From: an uncultured bacterium | GTDB lineage: Bacteria; Chloroflexota; UBA5177; JANWHV01 | Direction: 5' to 3' | Length of the DNA: 64,000 bases | NCBI GenBank assembly: GCA_963827235.1 | Contig: CAWHAE010000011.1 | Location: 63,414-127,413, forward strand | Shown: positions 55,152 through 64,000 of the stretch, piece after piece | Numbering within the stretch: the first letter of the stretch is position 1 | How the letters are laid out: each line of letters starts with the position of its first letter | Notes under the pieces: model-generated | What the model was told of the DNA's origin: nothing | The model's database searches: none | The model's input: the letters and a program-made list of their open reading frames with translations, nothing else | Translations under genes and position numbers: made by a program

Positions 55152-55709
55152 CTAATGCTTTGAACCCATTTTTCCAGAACCAAACTTGCAAGTTCCGGTG
55201 TAACGGAATGTAGGGTTTCCATCTGCAGTCTTTCCGGTGCCAGTCACCTCAAGTTCGCACCTAACGTGCGGTCCCGCGATGTGGTCAAATAGATATACCG
55301 CGCCGCGATCCGCGCCGGTAGCAAGGTTCACTTCAAATCGAAATTTCGAATCATGGAGCATAACCGGCTCTGAGCCTGCGATCGTGCCCGAGAATACTTG
55401 GTCACCGGTATTGACCAATGTGCCCTTCTGATTGTCGATCACCGTAGTAACGTGATAAAGAATCTTCCCGCTCAGATCTCCACGTAGTTCAACGATCTCA
55501 GTGCCTCTCTGAAGTTCGCCTGTCGCCGTCGGCCTCTTCGAGTGGACGATTGCGCCGCTAAGCAAATCGGTTCCTGTGCCGCTGACCTGAACAGTCCGAT
55601 TAACAATTGGTTCATCAGCCGCAGCAACACTGCCAATCGATGCCGTTATCGCGGCGACAAGAAATAAGCCCCTCGCCGTGATTCCTTGGAAGCTTCTCAT
55701 CATGTCCAC
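55152..55709 (-). CDS. Secreted beta-rich hypothetical protein (transposon cargo)
   Basis: Signal peptide ending AAAD and a Cys pair near the C-terminus. Confidence 0.65.
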   Translation of the reverse strand: MDMMRSFQGITARGLFLVAAITASIGSVAAADEPIVNRTVQVSGTGTDLLSGAIVHSKRPTATGELQRGTEIVELRGDLSGKILYHVTTVIDNQKGTLVNTGDQVFSGTIAGSEPVMLHDSKFRFEVNLATGADRGAVYLFDHIAGPHVRCELEVTGTGKTADGNPTFRYTGTCKFGSGKMGSKH

Positions 55710-55823
55710 CCTCCCTACCTACAGACGAAATTGCTTTGGCATGCGCATTACCCTCGCCAATATTATCCCCGACGGCGGCTTTCTGGTCGTGACTCTATGG
55801 CGTCGAGTGGCAAGTTCGGGCCG

Positions 55824-56558
55824 TCAAGAGACCAGCGACTCACCAAACGCAATCCATGCTGGCGTTTTGGTGAGGTAGAGCGCCACGTGAAATGCGCCGA
55901 CGAACAGCGAAGCCCCCCACGCAAAAGCTGGGTGCAGTCGGCGATGCCAAAGCGTGTCGAGCCCGACAAAGAGCAATATGAACACATCCAGTCCCACCAT
56001 GATGCGTAGGTTGAGCTCTGCCTCCGTCGCTTGGGTCATAAAGCTGACGGGGAGCCGCGCGAGCGCGTCCGGCAGCATGCAGGCGATGGTCAAGAGCATC
56101 AGCCGTTTGTGATAGTCGGGGCGATGGCGCTGCCAGATCGCAATTGCGACGAACGCCGCAAAGAACAGCATCTGAAGCAAATCCAGACTCGTAATGGTGA
56201 CCTGAGCGGCAGCGAAGTCCGTGTGACCGCGCACTTCGCGCGCCGCAGCGTGCAACGTCGTAATCGATCCCAGAATGACAACCAGCGCCGCCCAAACGGC
56301 CCCGAATACCCCGAGCCACCGATGCCACTGGACACGACGAGCGGCGATCAGACTGGTTTGAACAACGAGCAGCGCGACCCATCCGCTCATCACCGCGCCG
56401 TGAACGTGTAGCAACGCAGACAGCGGAGGCGTACCGAAGAACGGCTTTAGATAGAAGGTGCGCGCAAATGTCCAGAAGACCAGCGCGAGGAAGATGAGAC
56501 TGGCAGCCAGATACAGACGGCGAGCAAAGCGACGTGGCGATCGAACGACAGCGTTCAT
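55824..56558 (-). CDS. Multi-pass membrane protein (cargo)
   Basis: HVHG, WHRWLG, HKRLMLL and LHPA; about 7 TM segments. Confidence 0.75.
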   Translation of the reverse strand: MNAVVRSPRRFARRLYLAASLIFLALVFWTFARTFYLKPFFGTPPLSALLHVHGAVMSGWVALLVVQTSLIAARRVQWHRWLGVFGAVWAALVVILGSITTLHAAAREVRGHTDFAAAQVTITSLDLLQMLFFAAFVAIAIWQRHRPDYHKRLMLLTIACMLPDALARLPVSFMTQATEAELNLRIMVGLDVFILLFVGLDTLWHRRLHPAFAWGASLFVGAFHVALYLTKTPAWIAFGESLVS

Positions 56559-56771
56559 CGACGATTCCCCAAGCTACGCGGCGCGGTCTCGTTTCACGAT
56601 TTCCAGCACCGTATTCTTACTCAAACCCAGCCGATGACCAATTTCCCAATAAGACTGGCCTTCACCGACTAGCTTTAGAGGAGAAGACACGAAACGGAAT
56701 TTTACGCACCCTAAGCACGGCACCGAATCCGGCAGTTAGCGGTGACCTCAAGAAAGGGACCATTACGTACG

Positions 56772-57653
56772 CTAAGGAACGGCGGCTTTCCTTTTACCCC
56801 ACCACAGCCACATGCTGACAGCCAACAGAACGGGTAAAAGCAAGCAAAAGAGACTTCCCTCTGGGCCCGTTACCCCTCCGCTCCATCGAGGATCCCCGAC
56901 CGGGTGGGTCGTAAACAAGTGCCCTTGGATCAACATTCCGCTGTCTGGCGTTCCGTAGAAATAGGACTCAGACCAATCCCAACCGGCATGGAAACCGACC
57001 GCCCAAAACAGCGACTTGGTGTACCAAAGGCTTAAACAGAACACCATACCGAGCGCGCCCGTCTGAAATAATCCCAAGGCTGACTCGCCGGCAAGAAATG
57101 CGTGAAGCAGCACAAAGACGATCGAAAGAATCAAAGCCGACCACCAAAATCCGACGGCTTGCGACAACGTGTACTGCAGATAGCCACGAGTTTCCGATTC
57201 TTCCGCGAATCCAACGAGAATGAACATCAGCCCCCACGCGATCCCATACGTCCACGCAGTCGTTCCACTTAGCGAACGCCCATCGAAGACCAGATAGCCG
57301 CATTGCCATAAAACACCGATCAACAACGATAGGCTTAAGAATCCCCAGGCGATGCCACTTGCCAGTCTGAGCAGCTTTCTTTGATCGATGTAACCATAGG
57401 AGAATACACTTCGCTTTTCGATACGCGCCATCACCCAAGTTGCGATGAACACGAGCAGAACGAGCCACGACTCCCGAATCAGCGCCGGCGACGGCGGATT
57501 TGGCTCGGATTGCGAAAGTACGATAAGGGATCCGAGCGCGGGACCTGTGCCCATTCGAAGGGCTACAAAAAGCCCCACGAACAACAACGCTTTCCACCCA
57601 ACGCGGATGTCTTGACCATTGAGGAAGACCGATCGCAAATTAAAGCGATTCAC
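56772..57653 (-). CDS. CPBP/Abi-family intramembrane metalloprotease (cargo)
   Basis: EESETRGY, FVLLH, GFHAGWD and GPEGS. Confidence 0.85.
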   Translation of the reverse strand: MNRFNLRSVFLNGQDIRVGWKALLFVGLFVALRMGTGPALGSLIVLSQSEPNPPSPALIRESWLVLLVFIATWVMARIEKRSVFSYGYIDQRKLLRLASGIAWGFLSLSLLIGVLWQCGYLVFDGRSLSGTTAWTYGIAWGLMFILVGFAEESETRGYLQYTLSQAVGFWWSALILSIVFVLLHAFLAGESALGLFQTGALGMVFCLSLWYTKSLFWAVGFHAGWDWSESYFYGTPDSGMLIQGHLFTTHPVGDPRWSGGVTGPEGSLFCLLLPVLLAVSMWLWWGKRKAAVP

Positions 57654-57712
57654 AATAATGAACCTTCACGCCGCCGTATGGATGTCGCCCTCACCTCAAG
57701 GAACCCCTCTGT

Positions 57713-58316
57713 TTACGCTGCACGGTCACGTTTGACGATTTGGAGAACGGTGTTTTTGCTCAGGCCGAGCCGATGACTGATTTCCCTGTATGACTGGCCT
57801 TCGCCGACGAGCTTCAACACTTTCGGCGCGAACCGATCCGCTTTTATGCGCTGACCCGGACGCCGGCCGAACACCACTCCGCGTTTTTGTGCTGCGGCGA
57901 TTCCGGAGCGGACTCGCTCGCGCAGGAGATCCCGCTCGAATTCAGCCAAGCGCCGCCATCAGGGATGCAATGAGTTTTCCTTGAGCGCTGCGCAAGTCGA
58001 ACTGCAGACCGGTCTGGGCGACGAGTGAGACGTCCCACGCTTGCAGGTCCTGCAGTGTGTGGAACAAGTCGAGCATCGATCGACCCCAGCGGGTTAGCTC
58101 GGTGACCAGGATCACGTCGACCTTACGGGCTTGGGCAAGCGCGAGGACTTCTTTGCGCTGAGCGCGATCGTCCTTGGCTCCCGAGCCGGTCTCCTTCCAG
58201 ACGCCGACGATTTTGTAGCCCGCCTTCTTGGCGAAGGCGCGCAAGTCCCGCTCCTGGCGGGCGCAGGTCTGATCAGCAGTCGATACCCGGCAATAGAGCG
58301 CTGCAGACTGTCCCAA
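57713..58316 (-). CDS. tnpR: Serine resolvase; frameshift near 57950
   Basis: LYCRVSTADQ, ELTRWGRS, AEFERDLLRERVRSG and a C-terminal HTH. Confidence 0.9.
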
Positions 58317-58470
58317 TTGAACCCTCGGCGCCAAACAGTCCGGAAAAGCTTCTTTTCCCGTGGCAAAGTGTCGGTCTGTTCTAAGTATACTTCAATAGGG
58401 ACAGCGGATCGAGATTGGACGCGCCGCCCGACCGCGCTACGCTCGCTCGCCCTGACGGGGAGGAAGCACC

Positions 58471-61380
58471 ATGCGTCGCATCCATTCCACGTACCTCGGC
58501 CGCACGACCGTCCCGCGCGAGCTCACGGACTTCGAGATGCGCGAGTTCTTCACACTGACCGCCGCCGACAAGCGCGCCTTGCGCGTTGCCGTCCGAACGC
58601 GACTGCGACTCGGGGTCGCTTTGCAGCTCGGATTCCTCAGAATGACGGGCACGACACTCGTGGCGCTCGACTACGTCCCCCGTGACCTGCTCGAGTTCCT
58701 CGGGAAACAGGTGGGCCGTCCAGCACCGATGCTGGCGACACTACGCGGCCTGTACCGGCGGCGGATGTCGCTGTTTCGGCACCAGTCCTGGGCTCTCGAG
58801 CACCTCGGCATACACCGGTTCGGCAGCGACGACGAGGCGAGCATCATCGAAACTCTCGCCTCCGAGACGCGGTCGACGATCGATCGTGACCGGTTGGCGG
58901 CGCGAGTCAGGGACTTCCTGTACGCCCGACGATGCTGCATTCCGGGTCGCCGCGTCGTGGACGATCTTGTTCGGAGTGTGCTCCGCGGGGTTGAGCTTGC
59001 GGACGCCGAGGCACTTCAGTCGGACGTGGGTCGATCTGCGACGGATGCCTGGTATGAGCAGCTGATGGAGCTTCGGCTTGATGGGAAGTCCCGGCTCGAG
59101 TGGGTCCGCCAACCACCCGGGCGCCGTTCGCCGAAGGCGCTCGAGGGCGCGATCGCAAAACTACTGTACCTACGCGATTTTCCGAAACTTACCAATGGGC
59201 CGACCTCAATTCCGCCGGAGCGCTTGCGCGCCTATGGCCGCCGTCTGCGCCGGCGCAGGCCGGCTCATCTGAAGGCGATCGTCGAGCCTAGGCGAACGCT
59301 TGAGGTCGCCGGGTTCCTGCATTCGGCGCTCGCCAGCGAGGCCGACCGTGTCCTGCGAATGATCGAGATGCGCATCGCCCAGATCTGGCGGTGGGCTTAC
59401 GGGGTCACCGAGCCATCGATGCCGGGCGGTCAGGGATCCGACGGCCTGCTCATGGAGCTCTGGAAGAACGCCGCGGACCCGACCGTGTCAGATGCGTCGT
59501 TCCGAGAGCAAGCGAGGGCGCGACTCGAGGTGTGGGCCTCGGCTCGGCCGACCGCCACGCTTAGCCGTGCCGCTCAGGTGCGCAAGGCTCTCGCGTCGGA
59601 CACGCGCCGGGTCCGCCGCCTGCTGAAGCAGATCCTCTCTCTGCAGCTGGACGGACCCTGGCGCGACCCGGTTCTGGTAGCGCTTAGAGAGCTCGCAGAC
59701 AGTTACGAGCACGACTGGCTGACGCTGCACCCGGAGGCGACCGTATCGTTCGCTCGCGCGTGGCAGCCGCTGGTCGACGACTACGATCGCGAGCGGGCCT
59801 TTCGGGCCTATGAAGCCGCGACGCTGTTGGCCGTACGGCGAGGCCTGCGCAGCGGGACGCTGTTTCTGCGCTATGCGCAGGAATACCGTGGCAAGGAGCG
59901 ACTCCTCCTGCCCGCCGCCACCTGGAGCCAGCACCAGGCAGCCTTTTGCGCGCGGCGCCAACTGCCGGAAACCGCCGATCCGTTCCTGGATCGTGTCCTC
60001 GATCAGATCAAGGTGGGGCTCTCCGCCATGGACGAGGCGGTAGCCGCAGGCGAGGTCCGGATCGAGGATTATGGAGTCCACCTGAAGGACGATCCGGCCT
60101 GGTACTCGGAGCCAACGGCGGCTGACGAATTGCGCCAGCGGCTCTACACACGGGTGGGTCGCGTGCAGCTGCCGGAACTCCTCCTGGCGGTCGACAGCGA
60201 CACGCGCTTTTCGTGGCAATTACTCGGGCGCGAGCCACGCTCGGCAGAGGAGCTCGTCACCGTCTATGCCGGCGTACTCGCCGCCGCCGGCAACCTCGAC
60301 GCAAGCACCATGGCCCTAATGATTCCGGGGGAGAGGCCCTCGTCGATACGCCGCGCGATGGGGTTGCTCGAGGAAGAGGGTGCCCTGCGGCGCGCGAACG
60401 ACGCGATCATCGAAGCCCTTCGGGCTCTGCCTCTCGTCGGTGCCTGGGGCGACGGCTACGAGGCGTCGTCCGACTTGGTCAGTCTCGACACCTCTCGCAA
60501 CCTTTGGGCGGCCCGCGTTGACCCAAAGCGCCGCCGCTTCGCGGTCGGGACCTACGCCCACGTGCTCAACCAGTGGGGCATCGCCTACGATCAGCCGCTG
60601 TTGCTGGCCACGCGCCAGTCAGGCGCTGCCATCGAAGGCGCGGTTCGCCAGTCCGTGACGCGCATCGAGCGCGTCGCCGTCGATACCCACGGGTACACGG
60701 ATTTCGGCATGGGGGTCGCAAAACTATCGAAGTTCGACCTGTGTCCGCGGCTGCGCAGCATGCGTGACCGCAAGCTACACGTGCCCCGGGGATTCAGCGT
60801 GCCGGCGTCTATTGCGGCGCAAACGGTCCGCGATGTGTCGATTCAGATCATCCGCGAGAACTGGCCATCGCTCCTGCGCGTTGCCGCGACGATCGATGAA
60901 GGCTGGACAAGCGCGACGCAACTGCTTGAGCGATTTGGTTCCGCGGCTCGTGGCGAGGATCTCTACCGAGCCGGCACGGCACTCGGTCAGTTGCTACGCA
61001 CGATATACCTTTGCGACTACTTCACGCTCCCGGATTTCCGGCGCGGAATCCACCGCATCCTCGATCGCGGCGAATCCGTGCACGCGCTGCAGAGGATCAT
61101 TCACTACGGCGCGATTCCGGTGGCACGCGGTCGGGATCCTGTAGAGCTCGGCGTGATCTCAGGTGCGCTCACGCTCGTGACCAATGCCGTCATGATGTGG
61201 AATGCAACGCGACTTCAGAAGGCCGTTGACGCGGAGGTTTCGCTCGGCACCGCCAGAGTCGCATCCATTGACGCGTTGAGCCACATCGGACCGGTGGCGT
61301 ACGCCCATATCAACTTCCGGGGGACCTACCGATTTCCGGTCGAGCGGTACGCTGCACGGCTGCTTCGGGCCGCGGCGTAA
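58471..61380 (+). CDS. tnpA: Tn3-family transposase, IS1071-like
   Basis: YLGRTTVPRELTDFEMREFFT, LQLGFLRMTG, SSDLVSL, VDTHGYTD, RGESVHALQR and HINFRGTYRF. Confidence 0.93.
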   Translation: MRRIHSTYLGRTTVPRELTDFEMREFFTLTAADKRALRVAVRTRLRLGVALQLGFLRMTGTTLVALDYVPRDLLEFLGKQVGRPAPMLATLRGLYRRRMSLFRHQSWALEHLGIHRFGSDDEASIIETLASETRSTIDRDRLAARVRDFLYARRCCIPGRRVVDDLVRSVLRGVELADAEALQSDVGRSATDAWYEQLMELRLDGKSRLEWVRQPPGRRSPKALEGAIAKLLYLRDFPKLTNGPTSIPPERLRAYGRRLRRRRPAHLKAIVEPRRTLEVAGFLHSALASEADRVLRMIEMRIAQIWRWAYGVTEPSMPGGQGSDGLLMELWKNAADPTVSDASFREQARARLEVWASARPTATLSRAAQVRKALASDTRRVRRLLKQILSLQLDGPWRDPVLVALRELADSYEHDWLTLHPEATVSFARAWQPLVDDYDRERAFRAYEAATLLAVRRGLRSGTLFLRYAQEYRGKERLLLPAATWSQHQAAFCARRQLPETADPFLDRVLDQIKVGLSAMDEAVAAGEVRIEDYGVHLKDDPAWYSEPTAADELRQRLYTRVGRVQLPELLLAVDSDTRFSWQLLGREPRSAEELVTVYAGVLAAAGNLDASTMALMIPGERPSSIRRAMGLLEEEGALRRANDAIIEALRALPLVGAWGDGYEASSDLVSLDTSRNLWAARVDPKRRRFAVGTYAHVLNQWGIAYDQPLLLATRQSGAAIEGAVRQSVTRIERVAVDTHGYTDFGMGVAKLSKFDLCPRLRSMRDRKLHVPRGFSVPASIAAQTVRDVSIQIIRENWPSLLRVAATIDEGWTSATQLLERFGSAARGEDLYRAGTALGQLLRTIYLCDYFTLPDFRRGIHRILDRGESVHALQRIIHYGAIPVARGRDPVELGVISGALTLVTNAVMMWNATRLQKAVDAEVSLGTARVASIDALSHIGPVAYAHINFRGTYRFPVERYAARLLRAAA

Positions 61381-61531
61381 CCCTTATATAGAGTCGCCGG
61401 GGCGGCCTGGGGGTCCAGCGCCGACGTTTGGGCCGGCCGTGAACGTAAGCTGCTGATTGTCATGGCCGGAGCGCGGCGACCAGAGCCGATCGAGAAACCG
61501 CTACTTTTTGCACGAATCTGACGCCTACCCC

Positions 61532-62807
61532 AGGAATATCTCGCGCGGTGACTATCGTGCGCGGTCACAGAGATCGGGCATGAAGTCACCGACGAAATTG
61601 CGCGAGGTCGCTTGTCCGCCTTAGCGAATTCACCTTTCGGGTCGTTCGGCGGCCAGTCGTCTCCTGGGGGTACAGAATCTGCCGGGGTGATTGAGAGGAA
61701 CTCGCTTTCGAGCCTCGCGGCCATCGCGCCTCGCTTGGCTTGGCTCCCCGTGAATACATCCCCACCATCCTCGGCGTCTTCCACCCTGCGTCCCGCATGA
61801 TCGCGGCGTCGGATGCGCCGTCCTCGACGAGATCGTGCGTCGCGCCAATTCTCGCGGAGTGGCTGCTGATCTGGGCTGGCTCGAGGTCCGGCAGGTTGAG
61901 CATCCGGGCGATTCGCTTGAACGCATCCCACGCTCTGCGGTGTCAGCCTCGCTCGCGCCCCTCCCCGGGCAGAGTCGAGCCTGAGGAACACCGCCCCCTT
62001 CTCTATCTGTGCCGCGGCAAGCCAATCTCCCACCACCGCCATGACTTCCGGCGACAGGTAGTTGGTCGCCCGCTCCCCGGTCTTCAGCCGCTCGAACGAG
62101 ACGGTCGCGCTCCCGTCGGCGTGGATCTCGAAATCCTCCACATTCAGCGCCACCAGCTCCGACCGCCTGGCCATCAGGGTGTAGGCCAATAGAAGGAGTG
62201 CCCGGTCCCGCTTCCCCTGCAGGTCGTTCGGCAGGGAGATGAGCGCCTGGCGGATATGCTCGAACCCGAGAGCCGCTTTCTGGGCCGGCCGGTCGAGCCC
62301 GCGCCGCAGAACGCGCCACACGGCCAGGACTTCGGGGTCTCGAGTCGGATCGGGGTGCCCTCCATCTATGTGGAGCTTCGACAGCGTCCCCAGGTACCGG
62401 GCGAGCGTCGCATAGCGCTTCGCCGGCTCGCCATTCGGGGTGACCCCAGTCTTCAGGACCTCGAAATCCCCTCCCCTGGTGACCCGGATCGGCGGCGCCT
62501 GCGCCTGCAGAAACGCCGCCACGTCCGCCGGATCCGCCGGATACGGCTTCCGGGCCGCTTCTGCGCCGCGCACCACGTCTTCCAGACCTTGTAGTTCGCG
62601 CGGATCGCGAGCCGCGTGTTCGCGGCCTTCGAGGCGATCGATCGCAGCACGCGATCGGGCAGCTCCAGGCAGTCCTGGAAGCGGTTTGCCCGCAGGTGCA
62701 GGACGACGTCGGTGACTGCCGGCGTGCGTGGCCACGAGCGCCTTGGAGGGCTTCCGGAGCGCCTTCCGGGGTGTGGTCACTTTCGAGGGTCGCTTTTTCC
62801 GAGCCAT
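61532..62807 (-). CDS. Tyrosine recombinase (Cre-like); frameshifted, 3' end runs into the transposon IR
   Basis: RDRALLLLAYTLMARRSEL, SSHSARIGATHDL and AGWKTPRMVGMY. Confidence 0.8.
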
Positions 62808-63037
62808 GCCCAAGCCTACCAGATCGGCCGACGCTATCGATCTTGTACACATATCGATAGCCGATGAAATATCTTGGGTCAGATATGCACACATACAACG
62901 TAGTTGCTACATAACATCTTATGGCCGATAATGGTTAAATTCCAACAGAGGTACGTAATCTCTCACAGGATTTTGCCTAACCGCAGGATCGCAAAGGCAT
63001 TCGGGGCATTTGGCTCGGTCCCAATTCCGAGGCCCGT

Positions 63038-63923
63038 TCAGTCGATCAGTTTTGGGGGGTTGATTCCGACGAAATATCTGAGTTTGTCCTCGGATAAATC
63101 ATATTCGCCCAGAGGTTGACATGCTCCCAGGACACCGCCGAGCCATGGGCGAAGGCCTCTAGAAATTCGGCCCGTTTCACCAGATCAGTGATCTCGGCGA
63201 GTTCTGCGACAAGTACAGGTAATTCCAGCAGATGATACAGTTTTTCACGAGCCGTTTGCACGCCTCGGCTATCTCCTGATCTTCTTTTTCGGCCTGCGAG
63301 AAATTCGCGCGGGTTGCCGACCGAGACGGCGCGGGTAAAGCGATGCACGTGCTCGATGCCATAGAGCACTTTCTCGATGGACATGCGCAACCCCGGTTCG
63401 TCGATCTAGCGCAAAATGAAGAGGCTTTTGCGGCTGTCCGAATGCCTTCAACGCCTGGTACAGGCCATGTTGCTTGGAATAGGAGTTGAGCCGGCGAAAA
63501 AGGTCCGATGCGGTCGTTTCCTTGAGCTTGATGGTGGCGATAAACCGCAGGATGTCGTCCCAGAACTGCGATGATCGGCTCCTCATCGCGATAGGCGTCG
63601 GGCTTGATTTTTAGGTCGATGGTCGGCCCGTTGCCGGCTACTGAAGATATAACGCCGTTGCCGCTTGAGATTCTTGAAACGCGGCGCGTACGCAACGCCG
63701 CCAGAAAGCTGGCGGTGAAGATCGCCTCGGTGTAACCAAATGCGTCGGTGGAGTGGATGTCGCTCTTGACCACATCGTTGTGCATCAGGCCGTCGATCAC
63801 GTAGGCGCTTTCGCGGTCTGCCACGCTAAAGACCAGCGAGTGCCATAGCAGATCGCGCTCGTCGCGAAAGGTGTAGACACTGACGCCCTGATCCTTGCCG
63901 AAATACTTGAACGAGCGGTTGGC
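63038..63923 (-). pseudogene. tnpA: Decayed second Tn3-family transposase (C-terminal part)
   Basis: SFKYFG, ESAYVIDGL, HSTDAFGYT, WDDILRF, RRLNSYS and WEHVNL, with multiple frameshifts. Confidence 0.85.
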
Positions 63924-64000
63924 CTCCCCGTACACTTGATGCAAAAAGTACGGAATTAGACTGTTGAGGCTTGATTTCAGAGCCGTTTCTCGCGACCCAC

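Larger units (their letters stand above)
54821..61531. mobile_element. Complete Tn3-family (IS1071-like) transposon of about 6.7 kb with cargo
   Basis: 38-bp IRs GGGGTAGGCGTCAGGTTTGTGCAAAAAGTAGCGGTTTC (54821-54858) and the reverse complement at 61494-61531 (2 mismatches). No target duplication (GGTCC vs AGGAA). Confidence 0.92.

Overview
GC-rich, probably gammaproteobacterial (inference) plasmid-type or integrated-plasmid DNA. Many genes carry single-base frameshifts, most of which look like long-read indel errors; a few carry true nonsense mutations. (1) 1.2-17.3 kb, minus strand: a complete hydroquinone to beta-ketoadipate to TCA catabolic cluster. It has TWO hydroquinone 1,2-dioxygenase pairs, a 4-hydroxymuconic semialdehyde dehydrogenase, maleylacetate reductase, pcaFIJ and a TetR regulator. 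A Rieske ferredoxin and an orphan CobS/CobT (AAA+/vWA) pair are interleaved, with no cobN or other cob genes in the window. An IS21 remnant closes the cluster. (2) 17.8-26 kb: DUF6152 plus a TonB-dependent receptor, UrcA, and a MauG/BthA-like dihaem + Tat metallophosphoesterase + cytochrome c trio. (3) 26.4-31.1 kb: a repABC-like replicon (parA-parB-parS palindromes-predicted antisense RNA-unrecognised HTH Rep) followed by a TA pair. (4) 31-44.6 kb: a conjugative leading region with two homologous Frpo-like stem-loops, DUF932 split by a complete RIT element, TA modules, a MOBP-type nic site and mobC. (5) 45-52.6 kb: a sulfur/methionine module (SAM-II riboswitch-metF, large FAD/Fe-S oxidoreductase, cysB, truncated TauE). 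(6) 52.6-64 kb: nested mobile elements: IS21, a complete IS1071-like Tn3-family transposon with resolvase and cargo, a tyrosine recombinase and a decayed Tn3 transposase. No rRNA, tRNA or CRISPR array was seen.
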